DNA of 64,000 nucleotides from Lachnospiraceae bacterium (GCA_016281385.1 JAEEIN010000062.1:1494-65493); one strand, 5' to 3'; positions 1-10,037 are shown, counted from the stretch's first letter. Numbers and translations: made by a program. Notes: generated from the letters alone by a model not told the origin.

Positions 1-2
1 TC

Positions 3-1352
3 CGTCCGGCACTTTTCTATAACGATTACAACGAGTGGCAGAGTGAGAAGAAAGCTGCCATCATCGCAGCTCTCAAGAGGGAAGGCCACGGCCACGGCAG
101 CATTATCGGTGAAGGTCTCATAGACGGTATCGGAATGCAGGGCCACTTAAGCGACAATAACGATGTTGATGAATATATAAGTGCGTTAAGAGAGTACGCG
201 GCTTTGGTCCCTCAGGTTCATATCACGGAGCTTGACGTTAAATGCACCTGTACCAATGCAAATGCCGAGTACTATCAGGCAGTGTTCTATCAGAAGCTTT
301 TCGAAGGCCTTAAGAAGGCGGTTGAAGAGGGCGTGAACCTTACATCCGTGACTCTTTGGGGACTTACTGACGACAATTCCTGGATCAGGGGAGCAAATCC
401 CCTTCTTTTCAGAAAGGATCTGTCAACGAAGCGTTCCTTCGATGCTCTGGCAAGTGTCATCACCGGCGAAAGCATCGGCGAACCTCTTGACATCAAGGTG
501 GATATCTCCGACAGGAACTACACCTTTGAACCCGCAGGAGGAAAGCCCGCGGATCTTGAGGCTCTCGGTATCAAATACAGAGGCTTCGGTGAAGTTGAGG
601 TTCAGGACCGCGTATTCAAGACCGGAAGGCACGCTCTTGCAGCCGAGAAGCGCTTCAGCGACTGGGGCGGCATCTGCTTTGACGTTTCGGATTTCATCGG
701 TCAGAACATACACTTGTCCGGTCTTGTAAAAACAAACGCATTGGCTGTTCTTCTTGCGGAGGCAGTGGATCAGCCCAAGGGAAATATCGCGGAGATAACC
801 GCGGAAACGGAAGAGTGGATACCTTTTGACGTTACCTACAAGGTACCCAGAAGCTACAATTCCCTGTCACTTTGCTTTTCCACAAAGGAAGCAAAGGAAG
901 GGGTTCAGAGCCCTCTTTATATCGACAGCTTAAAGATCGAACTTCTTGGTATGGAGGAGAGCTTCGAAGAAGAAAAGAACATCGCTTCGGTTCGCGGTAT
1001 GGGACATCTGCCCATGCTGATGGTGAACAAAGAAGTGGCACACGAAGGCGGCAGCAGCCTCCTCATCACTCGTGCCGAGAAGGACGCAACGGTTAAATTT
1101 GACGTATCGCCCTACATCGGAAGAAAGATAGTATTTACCGCATTTGTTAAGACCGGGGATGAAAAGATCCGTCTCGGACTTGACGGACAGACACCCCTTC
1201 TTCTTTCGGAAACGGATTCCGTTAAGAATGATTGGACCGAAGTTAAGGCAGAGGTTTTGCTTGATGAGTCCTTAAAGTCCGCGGACATCTATCTTGAGAC
1301 CGAGGGCAAGGGTGACATATATATCGACGACATTTTTGTAAAGAGCATTTAA
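3..1352 (+). CDS. GH10 endo-1,4-beta-xylanase, 5'-truncated by the window edge, with two C-terminal CBM4_9/CBM22-like modules
   Basis: The frame is open from base 3 (RPALFYNDYNEW...). GH10 motifs YNDYN, DGIGMQGH, HITELD (nucleophile) and VTLWGLTDDNSW are present, followed by two beta-sandwich repeats ending LYIDSL and IYIDDI. Confidence 0.85.
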   Translation, partial: RPALFYNDYNEWQSEKKAAIIAALKREGHGHGSIIGEGLIDGIGMQGHLSDNNDVDEYISALREYAALVPQVHITELDVKCTCTNANAEYYQAVFYQKLFEGLKKAVEEGVNLTSVTLWGLTDDNSWIRGANPLLFRKDLSTKRSFDALASVITGESIGEPLDIKVDISDRNYTFEPAGGKPADLEALGIKYRGFGEVEVQDRVFKTGRHALAAEKRFSDWGGICFDVSDFIGQNIHLSGLVKTNALAVLLAEAVDQPKGNIAEITAETEEWIPFDVTYKVPRSYNSLSLCFSTKEAKEGVQSPLYIDSLKIELLGMEESFEEEKNIASVRGMGHLPMLMVNKEVAHEGGSSLLITRAEKDATVKFDVSPYIGRKIVFTAFVKTGDEKIRLGLDGQTPLLLSETDSVKNDWTEVKAEVLLDESLKSADIYLETEGKGDIYIDDIFVKSI

Positions 1353-1364
1353 AGCGGAGGGAGT

Positions 1365-3101
1365 ATGGCAGAATTAAAACCTGATAAACTTACCAGAGAT
1401 ACGAGATTTGATTCCTTTGAGGATACAAAGCCCCTTTTCGGTAAAAAGAAGGGGAATCTTCCGGCCATGGGCTGGAACAGCTGGAATGCCTTCGGAAGCG
1501 GAAACACCGAGGCGCTTACGAAGATGACCGCCGACCGCATGGTTGAGCTTGGACTTGATAAGCTTGGCTACAGTTTTGTTGTTCTTGACGACGGCTGCTA
1601 CAAGCAGGAGAGAGTGGACGGAAAGCTTTCAAACGAAGAAGTGAAGTTCCCTTCGGGCTTTAAGAAGCTTGCGGATTACATCCATAAAAAGGGCCTTAAA
1701 TTCGGTATGTACAACGATATCGGCACAAATCTCTGCGCCGGCGCCGCTGTGGGTACCTGCGGACATGAAGCTGACGATGCAAAGAGCTATATCGAATGGG
1801 ATGTGGATTTCCTGAAGGTTGATAACTGCTACTATCCCTTTGACAATGCAACCTTTTCAGATCCCGAGAATGCGCGGTTTGTTTTTGCTCCCAATATCAA
1901 GGGCATTAAGGTTGGGGATAAGAAGTACGGCCTTAAGGATCTGAAGGCAAAGGGCAGGGCTGCACACCTTCAGTCAACGGGCTACGTTAACGGTATCGGA
2001 ACCATCGACGGGACCGGGCCCAAATATTCACCGACTATGCAGGCAAGTAACGAGCTTATCTGCAAGGTGAATGCAAAAAGTGATACAGAAACAGCAATAA
2101 GCGTTGAATATGCCACCGGTAAGCGTGAAAACGTGGGTGAGTGGCTTCAGATAGCTGTCGGTGAGGATCTGATCTTTGACGGATGGGTTCCCGCTACGGA
2201 AAGCGAAGAATCCTTTGTATGGAGCAAGCCCCTTAAGATAAAGCTTAAAAAGGGTGAAAATGTCATTCGTCTCATGAACCACAGAAGACAGGAGAACACG
2301 CTTAATTCATACGCGAGGCTTTTAAAGCAGCTTAAGGAGATCGCACCGGATAAGGATATCGTTTATTCGGCCTGTGAATGGGGAAAGACCTCGCCTCACA
2401 ACTGGGGACATAAGGTCTGCGATTCCTGGAGGATCTTAAACGACATTACCTTCCGTGTGGGCAGTGACGGAGATCCCGGACACGGCGACTGGGTTTCGGG
2501 ATATACCAATTCCGTAACCTCCCAGTACAATAAGGCCGTTGTCATGGGGGAATATGCCGGCCTTGACAAGGGCTGGAACGATCCCGATATGCTGATGGTG
2601 GGAATGGAAGGTCTTAACCTTGCACAGAATAAGACCCACTTTGCAATGTGGTGCATGATGAACTCGCCTCTGATGCTGGGCATTGATTTCAGAAGGGTTA
2701 AAAAGGGCGACGACCTTTACAATATAATCGCAAACGAGGAGCTCATCTCCATCAATCAGGATCCTTTGGGTGTTCAGGCAAGGCGTATATTTTCTTCCAC
2801 CGGTGCTTCAAATCCCGTGAGAAGATATGTAAGGGACAACGACCGCGTAGATATCCTTGTGAAGCCCTTGGAAGGCGGAAAGTTTGCGGTAAGCTTCATC
2901 AACTTAAGCGACAAGTCCAAGTCCGAAGGATATGAAGCCGATATGGCTTATGCCGCAAAGAAAGTCAAGGGTATCAAGTCGGCGAAAGGCTATGAGATCC
3001 TTGATGTCTGGACCAAGAAAACAAAAGAAGTGAAGGCCCTGAAAGTGGCTAAGCTTGCTCCCTTCGAAAACGTGACATGGATCGTCACACCCCTTAAGTA
3101 A
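1365..3101 (+). CDS. GH27 alpha-galactosidase with an internal inserted domain
   Basis: Motifs PAMGWNSWN, VLDDG, DFLKVDNC, SACEWG, WRILNDI, GWNDPDML and INQDPLG. RBS GGAGG upstream. Confidence 0.9.
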   Translation: MAELKPDKLTRDTRFDSFEDTKPLFGKKKGNLPAMGWNSWNAFGSGNTEALTKMTADRMVELGLDKLGYSFVVLDDGCYKQERVDGKLSNEEVKFPSGFKKLADYIHKKGLKFGMYNDIGTNLCAGAAVGTCGHEADDAKSYIEWDVDFLKVDNCYYPFDNATFSDPENARFVFAPNIKGIKVGDKKYGLKDLKAKGRAAHLQSTGYVNGIGTIDGTGPKYSPTMQASNELICKVNAKSDTETAISVEYATGKRENVGEWLQIAVGEDLIFDGWVPATESEESFVWSKPLKIKLKKGENVIRLMNHRRQENTLNSYARLLKQLKEIAPDKDIVYSACEWGKTSPHNWGHKVCDSWRILNDITFRVGSDGDPGHGDWVSGYTNSVTSQYNKAVVMGEYAGLDKGWNDPDMLMVGMEGLNLAQNKTHFAMWCMMNSPLMLGIDFRRVKKGDDLYNIIANEELISINQDPLGVQARRIFSSTGASNPVRRYVRDNDRVDILVKPLEGGKFAVSFINLSDKSKSEGYEADMAYAAKKVKGIKSAKGYEILDVWTKKTKEVKALKVAKLAPFENVTWIVTPLK

Positions 3102-3104
3102 AGG

Positions 3105-3479
3105 ATGGATACCGGAACTTTTACGGAAAGTCTCCTTAAACTCTCCAAGGATAAAAGGGAAGATCTTTCCACATACTATGCCGGAATGTTTTCCGTAAAT
3201 TCCCTTAAGGAGCCCATTCGCAGAAAGAACGCTGCCAGGGCTGTACATGTTTTTATGACGATTGTCTTAAATTCAAGGGATGAGGACTGGGGAAGGTATT
3301 CGGAGCTTAAGGACATATATGACTGCAGGATATGTGCCAATGCCATCGCCCAGGTGTGTGTAAAGGGAATAATGGCTCCGGTCTCAAAGTCTGAATTCGG
3401 CTCAGATCTTGTTCTGACGGAGGAAGAAGCGGGAAAGATCCTTGGCAGGCTGGATGAATATTGGCAATATTTATCTTAA
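3105..3479 (+). CDS. Small hypothetical protein with an SLH-like segment containing CxxC
   Basis: KDIYDCRICANAIAQVCVKGIM...FG...LTEEEA resembles an S-layer homology repeat. It starts 3 nt after the GH27 stop. Confidence 0.5.
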   Translation: MDTGTFTESLLKLSKDKREDLSTYYAGMFSVNSLKEPIRRKNAARAVHVFMTIVLNSRDEDWGRYSELKDIYDCRICANAIAQVCVKGIMAPVSKSEFGSDLVLTEEEAGKILGRLDEYWQYLS

Positions 3480-3566
3480 TATCATACATTACTTTTTTTA
3501 CCTCGAAAAAGTAAATTTATTTCAGGTATGCCTTTGAAAATGGCGGAAAAACGGGGTAAGATGAGG

Positions 3567-4295
3567 ATGTACAGAGTTTATTTGGTTGATGACGACGAAC
3601 TGATACTGGACGACATGATAGCCATCACGCCATGGATGGAAGCGGGCTTTGAAGTCTGCGGTAAGAATACGAATCCGCTGGATGCCCTAAAGGAGATACC
3701 GGAGCTTGATCCAGATGCGGTATTTGTGGATCTTAAGATGCCGGATCTAAACGGAAACGAGCTTATCTTTGAACTTAAGAAAGCCGGGTGCAAGGCAGAA
3801 TTTGTAATGATATCCGCTTACGATGACTTTGAAAATGTCCGCAGCTTCTTTAAACAGACAGGCTTTGATTATGTATTGAAGCCCGTAGGTACGGAGGACA
3901 TGCGGGGTATCCTTGAACTTCTTTCCATGAAGCTTTCAAAGGATCGTCCATCCCAGCCCGCCGGGAATCCCACGGACAATCCCAACTTTAACGAACTGAT
4001 CGAGTATGTGAACGAGAACTTCACAGGCAAGATCCAGTTAGGCCCCCTTGCCGCCAGATTCGGCTTCAGCAAAGGCTATGTCTGTGCATTGTTCCAGAAG
4101 TATTACAACAAGTCCTTAAGCCTTTATCTCACGGATCTGAGAATGGAATATGCAAAGAAGCTTCTTGAGGAGAAGACACTTCTTGTCAAGCAGGTGGGAG
4201 CGATGTGCGGTTATGCCGATTACTATCACTTTTTTAAGGTGTTCAAGAATTATTTCGGGGTATCTCCCAAAGAAATGAGAAATTCGGCGGAATGA
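3567..4295 (+). CDS. YesN-like response regulator (REC + AraC HTH)
   Basis: MYRVYLVDDD, FVDLKMP and C-terminal AraC signature GYADYYHFFKVFKNYFGVSPKEMR. The start codon is uncertain (3528, 3561 or 3567). Confidence 0.9.
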   Translation: MYRVYLVDDDELILDDMIAITPWMEAGFEVCGKNTNPLDALKEIPELDPDAVFVDLKMPDLNGNELIFELKKAGCKAEFVMISAYDDFENVRSFFKQTGFDYVLKPVGTEDMRGILELLSMKLSKDRPSQPAGNPTDNPNFNELIEYVNENFTGKIQLGPLAARFGFSKGYVCALFQKYYNKSLSLYLTDLRMEYAKKLLEEKTLLVKQVGAMCGYADYYHFFKVFKNYFGVSPKEMRNSAE

Positions 4296-5710
4296 AGATA
4301 AGATCACATCAAATCTTAAAAAGCATTATTGTATTATCGTTATGTCTTTTCATAGCGGGCTGTGGTAAAAAACAGCCCGCTGTTTTGCATGTGGCGATCC
4401 CTTATTCCGACAATATTCAGGATTTAAAGACCAACTATTACGTAAGATGGCTGGAAGAAAAAACGGGTCTTTCACTTGACTTTACCATCGTTCACAACAG
4501 AAGATGCGATGATTATCTTGCGGAATTATTCAACTCCGACAGCGAGATTGACATCGTTTTGTTCGGAGAGGATTTTATCCCGGACGAAGAAAAAATACGT
4601 AAATATGCCGCTTCCGGAGAAGTTTACATTCCCGAGAAAACCACGGGGTATACCGGTTACGGTCAGAAGGAACTTGACGGAGCCGGTGAGATCATGTGGA
4701 TAAACTACGAATGGCTGGAAAACCTTGGGCTTTCAATGCCGAAGACAACGGATGAACTGGCAGCAGTCTTACGGTCCTTTAAGGAAAAGGATCCCAACGG
4801 AAACGGTATTGCGGATGAGATAGCCCTTATCGGGGCGGTGGGGGATTATTCCTGTGATCCCATTGAGTTTCTGCTTGAATCCTTTGTTTACAACGATCCA
4901 TACCACTCCAGATACGGAGCAGGCAGGGATGCGGACAAGCTTATGGCATCCACCGACGAATACCGGGAAGGGATCATGTATTGTAACGATCTTTTTAATG
5001 AGGGGCTCATCGACGAACGCAGCTTTTACGGTACCAGCCGGGATATATGTGAACTCATAAATTCACCCGTTGCACTGGTTGGAGCCTTTACCACCGATTC
5101 CATTTCAAATGCGGTATACCGGGGTAATCCCGAGATCATGGCGCGATATGTCCATGTTCCTCCACTGAAAGGACCAAAGGGGGCCTGCAATGCCCTCTAT
5201 ACATTAAGAACAACACGTACCGCTGCGATAATAACCGGATCGAGCAACATGAAAGAAGAAGCAAAACTCCTGCTTGATACGATGATGACGGAAGAAGCCT
5301 CCCTCATTGCCAGGTTCGGAGAACCGGAAGTGGACTGGACTTTTTCTTCCGGCCAGGATGTAAGTATATTCGGTACACCCTCAACGATAATCACAAAAAA
5401 CTATATCCGTAATACGCTTCAGAACAAGCATTTAAGCGGAATAGGTCCCATGGAAGTACCCGCAAAATACCTTATGGGTGTCACCTGGAACGGAATAAAT
5501 TCGGATACGGAGTATATAGATGCAGAGGCGCAGATAAGTTACAGGTATTATCTTCCGAACTTCGGCGATGATGAGCCTGTATTTCATGAGTATGACGAAA
5601 CATTGTCCGCATATCTTGACAGATCTCTTAAAGATTTTGTCAGAGGGAAAAAGGATGTAAGGAGTGATACGGAATGGGGAAAATACTTAAATGGAATAGA
5701 CACGCAGTAA
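4292..5710 (+). CDS. Extracellular solute-binding lipoprotein (LplA-like)
   Basis: Lipobox FIAGC; motif WINYEWLENLGLSMPKTTDEL...FKEKDPNGNG typical of LplA-type sugar-binding proteins. Confidence 0.85.
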   Translation: MKIRSHQILKSIIVLSLCLFIAGCGKKQPAVLHVAIPYSDNIQDLKTNYYVRWLEEKTGLSLDFTIVHNRRCDDYLAELFNSDSEIDIVLFGEDFIPDEEKIRKYAASGEVYIPEKTTGYTGYGQKELDGAGEIMWINYEWLENLGLSMPKTTDELAAVLRSFKEKDPNGNGIADEIALIGAVGDYSCDPIEFLLESFVYNDPYHSRYGAGRDADKLMASTDEYREGIMYCNDLFNEGLIDERSFYGTSRDICELINSPVALVGAFTTDSISNAVYRGNPEIMARYVHVPPLKGPKGACNALYTLRTTRTAAIITGSSNMKEEAKLLLDTMMTEEASLIARFGEPEVDWTFSSGQDVSIFGTPSTIITKNYIRNTLQNKHLSGIGPMEVPAKYLMGVTWNGINSDTEYIDAEAQISYRYYLPNFGDDEPVFHEYDETLSAYLDRSLKDFVRGKKDVRSDTEWGKYLNGIDTQ

Positions 5711-6870
5711 CCGGAACCGGCATGATCCTTCTTGCAGCGATCATGATGACAGGGCTGTCGGGCTGTAAAAACAAAGCCGATTCAAAGGACGAGTGGCTTT
5801 CATATGCTTTACTTGATGAATCGGAAACCCCGGAGGAACTCTACGAAAAGGCCCTTAAGGAGGATATTCTTGTTGTTTATTCCGTAACAACAAGGGTTAC
5901 CCAGACCAAGGATGCATTTGAAAAAGCATATCCGGGATTATGCGTGGAGATAAGGGACATGAGGAGCCCGAATCTCATTGAAGCGGCTGTGGACAACTAC
6001 GAGCGCGGTTATTCGGACTGTGATGTTATCCTGTGTAACGACAACAGCGGCGATTTCAAGGAAAAGATCGTGGATCGTAAGATCGCATATCCCTATGTTC
6101 CCGCTGACATAAAGGACAAGGTAAAAGAAGGAACAAATGAGGGAATGGGTTCTTTCTTAAATGAAGCCGAGATGCTCTTTTACGATGGGGCAAAGTACGA
6201 GACCTGTCCCATTGAGAATATCTGGGAACTGGCCGAGGAAAGATTCAGGGGAAAGGTCTATATGCCCAATCCTCTTCAGTCTTTCTCAACTTATGCGTTT
6301 TGCGGCGCAAGCTTTGAACATGCCGATGAACTTTCAAAAGCCTACGAGGATTATGCGGGTGAACCCCTTTCGATCCCCGAGGGAAGCAATGCGGCTGAAG
6401 TATTCTGGCGCAGCCTGTCGGAGAATATTGTTTTTACAAACAGTTCCGACGGCGTGGTGGAAGCCATAGGTGCGGGAGAGGCCGAATTCGGCATTCTTGT
6501 CTCAAGCAAGTTAAGGTTCAAAGGGATAGGATATGATCTGGAGCCGGTGTACAGGCTTGATCCCTTCTGCGGCTGCAAGGTCACCTTTTCCGTGATGATC
6601 GCAAGAAATTCGAAAAACGTGAACTCCGCAAAGCTTTTTGTTCGTTTCCTTATGGGTGAGGCCGACGGAAACGGGGAAGGATACAAACCTTTCGTAACTG
6701 ACGGAACATGGTCCTTCAGAACGGATGTTAAAGACGGCTCGAAAGTATCGATGGAGGAAATGGATCTTCTGACGCCGGATCAGGACTATCTCATCGCAAA
6801 CAGGAAATTCTTCGGGGATTTCTGGGCTGAGATAATAAGCAACGCAACGGGCAATTTTGTGGAGCAGTAA
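5674..6870 (+). CDS. ABC-type substrate-binding lipoprotein (Fe3+/thiamine-like SBP family)
   Basis: Lipobox LSGC; LYEKALKE..LVVYS, FEKAYPG and NSAKLFVRFLM motifs. Alternative start at 5722. Confidence 0.75.
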   Translation: MGKILKWNRHAVTGTGMILLAAIMMTGLSGCKNKADSKDEWLSYALLDESETPEELYEKALKEDILVVYSVTTRVTQTKDAFEKAYPGLCVEIRDMRSPNLIEAAVDNYERGYSDCDVILCNDNSGDFKEKIVDRKIAYPYVPADIKDKVKEGTNEGMGSFLNEAEMLFYDGAKYETCPIENIWELAEERFRGKVYMPNPLQSFSTYAFCGASFEHADELSKAYEDYAGEPLSIPEGSNAAEVFWRSLSENIVFTNSSDGVVEAIGAGEAEFGILVSSKLRFKGIGYDLEPVYRLDPFCGCKVTFSVMIARNSKNVNSAKLFVRFLMGEADGNGEGYKPFVTDGTWSFRTDVKDGSKVSMEEMDLLTPDQDYLIANRKFFGDFWAEIISNATGNFVEQ

Positions 6871-6876
6871 AAACAT

Positions 6877-8361
6877 ATGAAGGAAAAAGGCTTTACAAAC
6901 CGAATAAAGATAGCCGTCCCGGGAATATGTTTAAGCATCATATTTCTTATGGGTTTCTTCTTTGTGTTCACAGTGATCTTCATAAGAAAGAACATGGAGC
7001 TTCAGACCCAGGCGGCGGCAGAGACCATAATGGATACGGTTGAAAGCGAGTTAAACTCTCTGGAGGAGACCGCCTATCTGCTGGCAGGGGACCGTGATGT
7101 CAAGAATCTTGTAGGTGCTTTTGGTGTTGATTTCTTTGATCTGGGAGCGGAGGCTGCAGAAAAGATGGATTCGGTTCTGGGAAGGCTTACGAGCATAGAC
7201 AACGTGGTGGCATTCAATTCTTCCGGACAGTTTTACAGACTGAAGGGAACGGCACCCAACACGGTGTTAAACAGGGTCTTTTATCTTGCCGGAAACAATG
7301 ATGCCAGAACTTTAAATATCCCTTCGGGAAAAGAAGGATACATAGGTCTCAGCGAGAAGGTTGTGAAGAACGGTGAGGCTTCGGGCTATGTTGTTATTCT
7401 TGCTGAGCAGTCCCTTATACGACGGATGCTTGGAGCCTATGACGAACTTGACTATCTCGGAGCCTGCCTTTACTCGGGGGATGAGATGATCTGTTCAAAC
7501 CGCACGGAGAGTAAGGAGAAGATAGAGGAAAGCATCGGGAAGGCTTTGTTTGTGAAGGAAAAGGCAATAGGCATATCAGGCTTTAAGCTTCTGGTATTCT
7601 GCGACAATACGCTGGTACGCAACGTTGTGGCTTATTTTTCCGTGGCAATGCCCTTGATCATTTCTCTTCTGATAGTCTTGTTCATTGCATTTATGATGTT
7701 CATGAGACGGCATATGTTCACCGCTTATGAACTTGATATGCAAAGTACGCACCTTTCCCTTTTAAAGAAGCAGATAAGTGCCCATTTTACGGTTAATACC
7801 CTGAACGTTATCAGGGCCCTGGTGAACAAGGGTGAAAAAGAATCCGCTGCCAGCACCTGCGACGAGCTTTCAAAGCTTTTGCGCTATGCCAACGGCGGTG
7901 ATGAATACATTTCCCTTCTGGAAGAATTTAACGTTCTGTCCCAGTACGTTCTGATCATGCAGACCCGCTACCCCGGAAGGATAGAAGCAGATTTGGAAGA
8001 AGAGGATTTCTTCAGTGAAGTTTACATTCCCAGAATGCTTCTTCAGCCCATAGTCGAAAATGCCATCGTCCACGGCATTTCCTCAGGCAAAGGAACAATA
8101 TGCCTTAACGCAAGGCTCGAAAAGGACGACCTTTTCATAACCGTATCCGACAACGGCCGGGGCATGGGAAGCCGGACCCTTGCAGATCTTCTGGAAAGTA
8201 TCAATTCCGCTGATTCAGATTATAAGAAATTGGAATCCGTCGCCCTTCGCAACATTCAGCGAAGGATCCGTATCCTCTGCGGAGATGATTACGGCCTCTC
8301 CGTCACTTCAGAACTTGGCAAAGGCACCGAGGTGGTGGTTCACCTGCCGGTGAGAAAATAG
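6877..8361 (+). CDS. YesM/LytS-type sensor histidine kinase
   Basis: Two TM segments; QISAHFTVNTL H-box, LQPIVENAIVHG N-box, DNGRG G1 box and S..GKGT G2 box. Confidence 0.9.
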   Translation: MKEKGFTNRIKIAVPGICLSIIFLMGFFFVFTVIFIRKNMELQTQAAAETIMDTVESELNSLEETAYLLAGDRDVKNLVGAFGVDFFDLGAEAAEKMDSVLGRLTSIDNVVAFNSSGQFYRLKGTAPNTVLNRVFYLAGNNDARTLNIPSGKEGYIGLSEKVVKNGEASGYVVILAEQSLIRRMLGAYDELDYLGACLYSGDEMICSNRTESKEKIEESIGKALFVKEKAIGISGFKLLVFCDNTLVRNVVAYFSVAMPLIISLLIVLFIAFMMFMRRHMFTAYELDMQSTHLSLLKKQISAHFTVNTLNVIRALVNKGEKESAASTCDELSKLLRYANGGDEYISLLEEFNVLSQYVLIMQTRYPGRIEADLEEEDFFSEVYIPRMLLQPIVENAIVHGISSGKGTICLNARLEKDDLFITVSDNGRGMGSRTLADLLESINSADSDYKKLESVALRNIQRRIRILCGDDYGLSVTSELGKGTEVVVHLPVRK

Positions 8362-8441
8362 AAGGGAGCATATAACTGAAAAGTGTCGGAACTCATCATT
8401 TGTCGCGCACACCCCTCCGTTTAAAATAATAAAAATAAATG

Positions 8442-8470
8442 TGTCACTTTTTCTTCTTTCAAATCGTTAT
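8442..8470 (+). promoter_or_regulatory. Candidate ECF-sigma promoter
   Basis: TGTCAC (8442-8447), 17 nt spacer, CGTT (8465-8468), upstream of the membrane-protein gene at 8498. Confidence 0.35.
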
Positions 8471-8497
8471 TAATGATAGAGAGAAGGAGGCAGCAAA

Positions 8498-8953
8498 ATG
8501 GTACAGGTCATCGGAACGGTTGAGCTAAGTTCAATAAATATATTCGGAGGATTGATAGATCTTTTACTGATCTTCCCATGGGCGATATATGTATTTTCAA
8601 GCAAAAAGAAAAAGGACCTCGGATCATCATCGTTCTTTGATCTTGTGATGGTATCGTTGTTTTTCAGCCTGATGATCTTGAATATATGCTCTTTGGATCC
8701 GGGATTTTTATCCATAGAACTGTTTTTGATATATCTTTTCGGAAATATAGGGCTGCTTACGATCTACATTTTTGTATGGATCTCATTCCTTGTGAGACCG
8801 GACAAAAAGAAAGCGGTGGCTGCCATTTATATTGGGATATTCATATTTCTTCTTTGCGGGATAACATTGACCATCATTCCGCTTATCATCTGTTCGACGA
8901 TCACGATAGTGGCATATGCAGTACAGCAGAAGATAGAGATACGGGAATATTGA
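8498..8953 (+). CDS. Hypothetical multi-pass membrane protein
   Basis: Strong RBS AAGGAGG; 4-5 hydrophobic segments; AT-rich; followed by its own terminator. Confidence 0.7.
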   Translation: MVQVIGTVELSSINIFGGLIDLLLIFPWAIYVFSSKKKKDLGSSSFFDLVMVSLFFSLMILNICSLDPGFLSIELFLIYLFGNIGLLTIYIFVWISFLVRPDKKKAVAAIYIGIFIFLLCGITLTIIPLIICSTITIVAYAVQQKIEIREY

Positions 8954-8967
8954 GGCGATAAAAAATT

Positions 8968-9005
8968 AAGGGCTGTGTGTACATTTCGTACACGCAGCCC
9001 TTTTT
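8968..9005 (+). terminator. Intrinsic terminator
   Basis: AAGGGCTGTGTGTAC-ATTTC-GTACACGCAGCCCTT followed by a T-tract. Confidence 0.85.
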
Positions 9006-9117
9006 ATCTCGACAAAAAATGCACCTGTTCACAACACAAAATCGATGGTAATAAGCCTTCGGCGAATGTAAAATAATAACATGCATCGTACTCGCAGATC
9101 CCACAAGGAGGCCACAT

Positions 9118-10017
9118 ATGGAAAACTACAGATTTGATTCCAATCAGATAACCCGCGATTATTTTGACAGCCTGCTCATTGAGATGAGGCATATCGACAG
9201 TGAGATCCCTGATACATCGGTTGAACTGTTCGGACACAGATTCTCAACTCCCATCACCACGGCTGCACTTTCCCATCTTAACAATACGGCGCCGGAAGGC
9301 ATGAAAAAGATGGCACTGGGTGCAAAGATGGCCGACGCGCTTTGTTTTTCCGGAATGGGTGAAGAGCAGGAGCTTCGGGATATGTGTGACACCGGTGCAA
9401 AGGTCATAAAGATCGTGAAACCCCATGCGGACAATGCCACGGTTTATGCAAAGATAAGAGAGGCAGAAGAAGCAGGTGCCATAGCTGTGGGAATGGATAT
9501 CGACCACGCTTTCAACGGAAACGGCGATTATGATATCGTTGTGGGCCTTCCCATGAGACCGAAGTCCCTGGAGGAGATGAAAGCTTTCGTTGCATCAACA
9601 AAGCTTCCCTTTATCGTAAAGGGTGTCCTCAGTGTTCAGGATGCCGAAAAGTGCCTTGAGATGGGCGCTGCGGGCATCATAGTTTCCCATCACCACGGAA
9701 TCATGAACAATGCGATCCCTCCCCTTTTGGTACTTCCGGATATAAAAGAAGCCGTGGGGGACAAAATGACGATCCTTGTTGACTGCTGTGTCGAGTCGGG
9801 AATGGATGTGTTCAAGGCTCTTGCCCTGGGTGCGGATGCGGTCTGCGTCGGCCGGGCCATTATGGGACCGTTAAAAGAAAACGGTGCGGAGGGCGTCCGC
9901 GACAAGATGATGGCGATGAATAACGAATTGAAGGCTGTAATGGAACGTACTGCTTTTAAGACAATAGATGAGATAGATGACAGTGTTATCTGGGATAATC
10001 CCTGTTTTTCACGCTAA
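9118..10017 (+). CDS. FMN-dependent alpha-hydroxy acid dehydrogenase/oxidase family protein
   Basis: LPFIVKGVLS..DA, GIIVSHHHG and D..VESGMDVFKALALGADAVCVGR motifs. Confidence 0.85.
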   Translation: MENYRFDSNQITRDYFDSLLIEMRHIDSEIPDTSVELFGHRFSTPITTAALSHLNNTAPEGMKKMALGAKMADALCFSGMGEEQELRDMCDTGAKVIKIVKPHADNATVYAKIREAEEAGAIAVGMDIDHAFNGNGDYDIVVGLPMRPKSLEEMKAFVASTKLPFIVKGVLSVQDAEKCLEMGAAGIIVSHHHGIMNNAIPPLLVLPDIKEAVGDKMTILVDCCVESGMDVFKALALGADAVCVGRAIMGPLKENGAEGVRDKMMAMNNELKAVMERTAFKTIDEIDDSVIWDNPCFSR

Positions 10018-10037
10018 AGGCGGGTTTGGAGGAATGT

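Noticed and set aside
3534-3569. Leaderless start for the response regulator (TTGAAA-17-TAAGAT then ATG 3567)
   Set aside because: Only 4 nt separate the -10 and the ATG, and alternative upstream starts exist. It is too ambiguous to claim.
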